Below are positions 62,101 to 64,000 of a DNA stretch of 64,000 nucleotides, piece by piece; within the stretch, counting starts at the first letter, position 1, and each line of letters begins with the position of its first letter. Source of the DNA: Nemertoderma westbladi (lineage: Eukaryota; Animalia; Xenacoelomorpha); contig JAUCBJ010005141.1 in assembly GCA_032718475.1 (NCBI GenBank), positions 1 through 64,000 of the forward strand, written 5' to 3'. Below the pieces are notes generated by a model that ran no database searches, was not told where the DNA came from, and saw only the letters and a program-made list of their open reading frames with translations. The position numbers and the translations under genes are program-made.

Positions 62101-64000
62101 GGAAAGAAAGAAAGGCGGAAAGAAAGGCGGCAGAGGCAGAGGCAGAGGCAGAAGCGGAAAGAAAAGTGGCAGCGGCAGCGGCCGAAGCGGAAAGAAAGGC
62201 GGCAGTGACAGCGGCAGAGGCAGTAGCAGAAGCAGAACGGAGAGCTTCTGAAGAAACCACCCAATTAGAATTGGAAAACATTCAGGAGAATCAAGACTGC
62301 ATAAATAAACAGTTAACAGCTAGTAATATGCAGATGATGAATCGATCTACTCCCAAAAGACAGGGATATACATCATCTGAGGAAGGCGATACCACCGATA
62401 CTGAAGGCAGAGGAAATAGATCTCGTCTAAGCAGACGTAGAAGAACATCCCACCGTCAGAAATTGCCTGATCTGCCCCCAGCTGTTAGAAGGCAACTAAA
62501 TAACACAGATTTAGGTAGTACAGAACCCACAGACCAAATAATTAAAATAGAAAGACTCCCTACTATAGTAGATGAGCCTGAAATAATTAGGCCTGTTCTT
62601 GAAATCACCCCTTCGGTGATAGAGACACCTGTGCTCCCAGAACCCACCTTTAAATTCCTTTTACACAGCACCAAATTATCTGTGCCTAGAGGAACAGCCC
62701 CTGAAGCAGTGTCGGTCCTGGACTCCGAGCGAAATATAAAGGATATATCGCCCGTAGTCCCTCGTCTGCCCGCTACGACGTTGGCGGATCCCGCTTCGGC
62801 GGTTGATTGGGTAGACGAGAGACGGGGGGGGATGGACATTCTCCTCGGAGAGATGAAGGAGAATCGAGTGCGCTCCTCCCAACAGGTCCGAGAGTTAGAA
62901 GGGACTGTTAAACAGTTAAAGGGAACCGTAAAGGAAAGTAGGTTAGAGTTGCAAGAAGTGCAACAAAGTATTGCGCTAGAACGCGATAAATTAGTAAATT
63001 TACAAAAGGGTATACCACCACCTTCGGTAACAATGTGTCAACCTGTTAGGTCTGAAGTATCTCATGCGCAAGGTGTGGAGCCTACACGCATATATACTGC
63101 TAGCGAAGTAGAAACTCCTATAGTGAACCCTATTAAGGGTAATTATAGACCTGTTGATAATGATATTCCCTATAGACCTGATCATAATCCGAGAAATTTA
63201 TATACCGATAACTCGATATTAAATAACACGATGGCCCAAGAAAGTTTTACCCGTCAAATGGCTAGAACCGAAGCCCGGCAAGCGGTAAAGGTGGGAGAGA
63301 TTGTCAAGTTCAATGGAGATGAGATGAAATGGTTACCTTTTAATGGATATTACAAAGATAACATACAGAACTCTGTGCTATCTAATGGAGAGAAACTTAG
63401 ATTCCTCATGGAGTGCTTGGAAGGATCTCCCAAGTTAATGGCGTTAAAGTTTATTGGACATCCAGACAGATTAAGACAAGTTTGGGATACACTAAACATC
63501 AGGTATGGTAATAGGAATAACATAGCTAAATATTTGTATGCAAAATTAGTAGCGCCCCGAAAGTTCATTAGCAGCGGGATAATAGAGTTTTCCGATGAGA
63601 TTCAGGAGATCTGTAGACAATTAGATTGGTTAGGTAAGTCTCATGAATATCAGAGTTCTATGGTTATTGGAGCCGTGGCCTCTACTTTACCGAAGGGTGG
63701 AGTAGGTACCCACTGGGATAAGAAAGTGTTGTACATGATGGAACAACAACGACGAGACCCTACCATGGCTGATCTTATGTCATTCTTAGATGGAGAAGTG
63801 AAATTACAGCTCCTAAAACAGTCCAGAGAGAAGACACCGGAAAACAAGGTAAGTGAGAAACCCGTCTCTAGGAGAAAGGTAACACCAGTGTGTTATACAG
63901 ACGACGGCGAAAGCCAGACTTCTCAAGGAGAGGATAGCGGGAAAGACACTGAAAGATCTTATTATGTCAATAAAATGCCTAAAGACCAGGGAAGTAAATT
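62101..64000 (+). mobile_element. Third copy (C) of the same family: 5'-truncated gag, reading frame apparently open to the window end
   Basis: Begins in the AERKAAEAE repeat and is colinear with ~52850-54740 of copy B; lacks the RTE insertion; no LTR or leader upstream. Confidence 0.9.

Overview
AT-rich eukaryotic (probably invertebrate animal) genomic DNA at a gene/heterochromatin boundary. Left: a 2.4-kb non-autonomous DNA transposon (11-bp TIRs, TAAT target duplication) and an intact, intronless glutathione reductase gene (3378-4784). Middle: a 28.3-kb array of a 46-bp satellite with nested higher-order duplications (including a 4064-bp block repeat), LINE debris and a 35-bp satellite. 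Right: three nested or fused copies of one BEL/Pao-type LTR retrotransposon family. The youngest copy (48708-60838; ~4 differences seen between its 1204-bp LTRs; AAGGG TSD) sits inside an older copy of itself. It encodes an uninterrupted 1492-aa Gag-protease from which RT, the RNase H core and the integrase core are missing in frame. It also carries a decayed orphan ORF in the env position and no tRNA-type PBS; the post-LTR 11-mer instead co-varies with a complementary site inside the LTR, a possible self-priming or RNA-structure signal. All coordinates and alignments were made by eye; no database searches were run.
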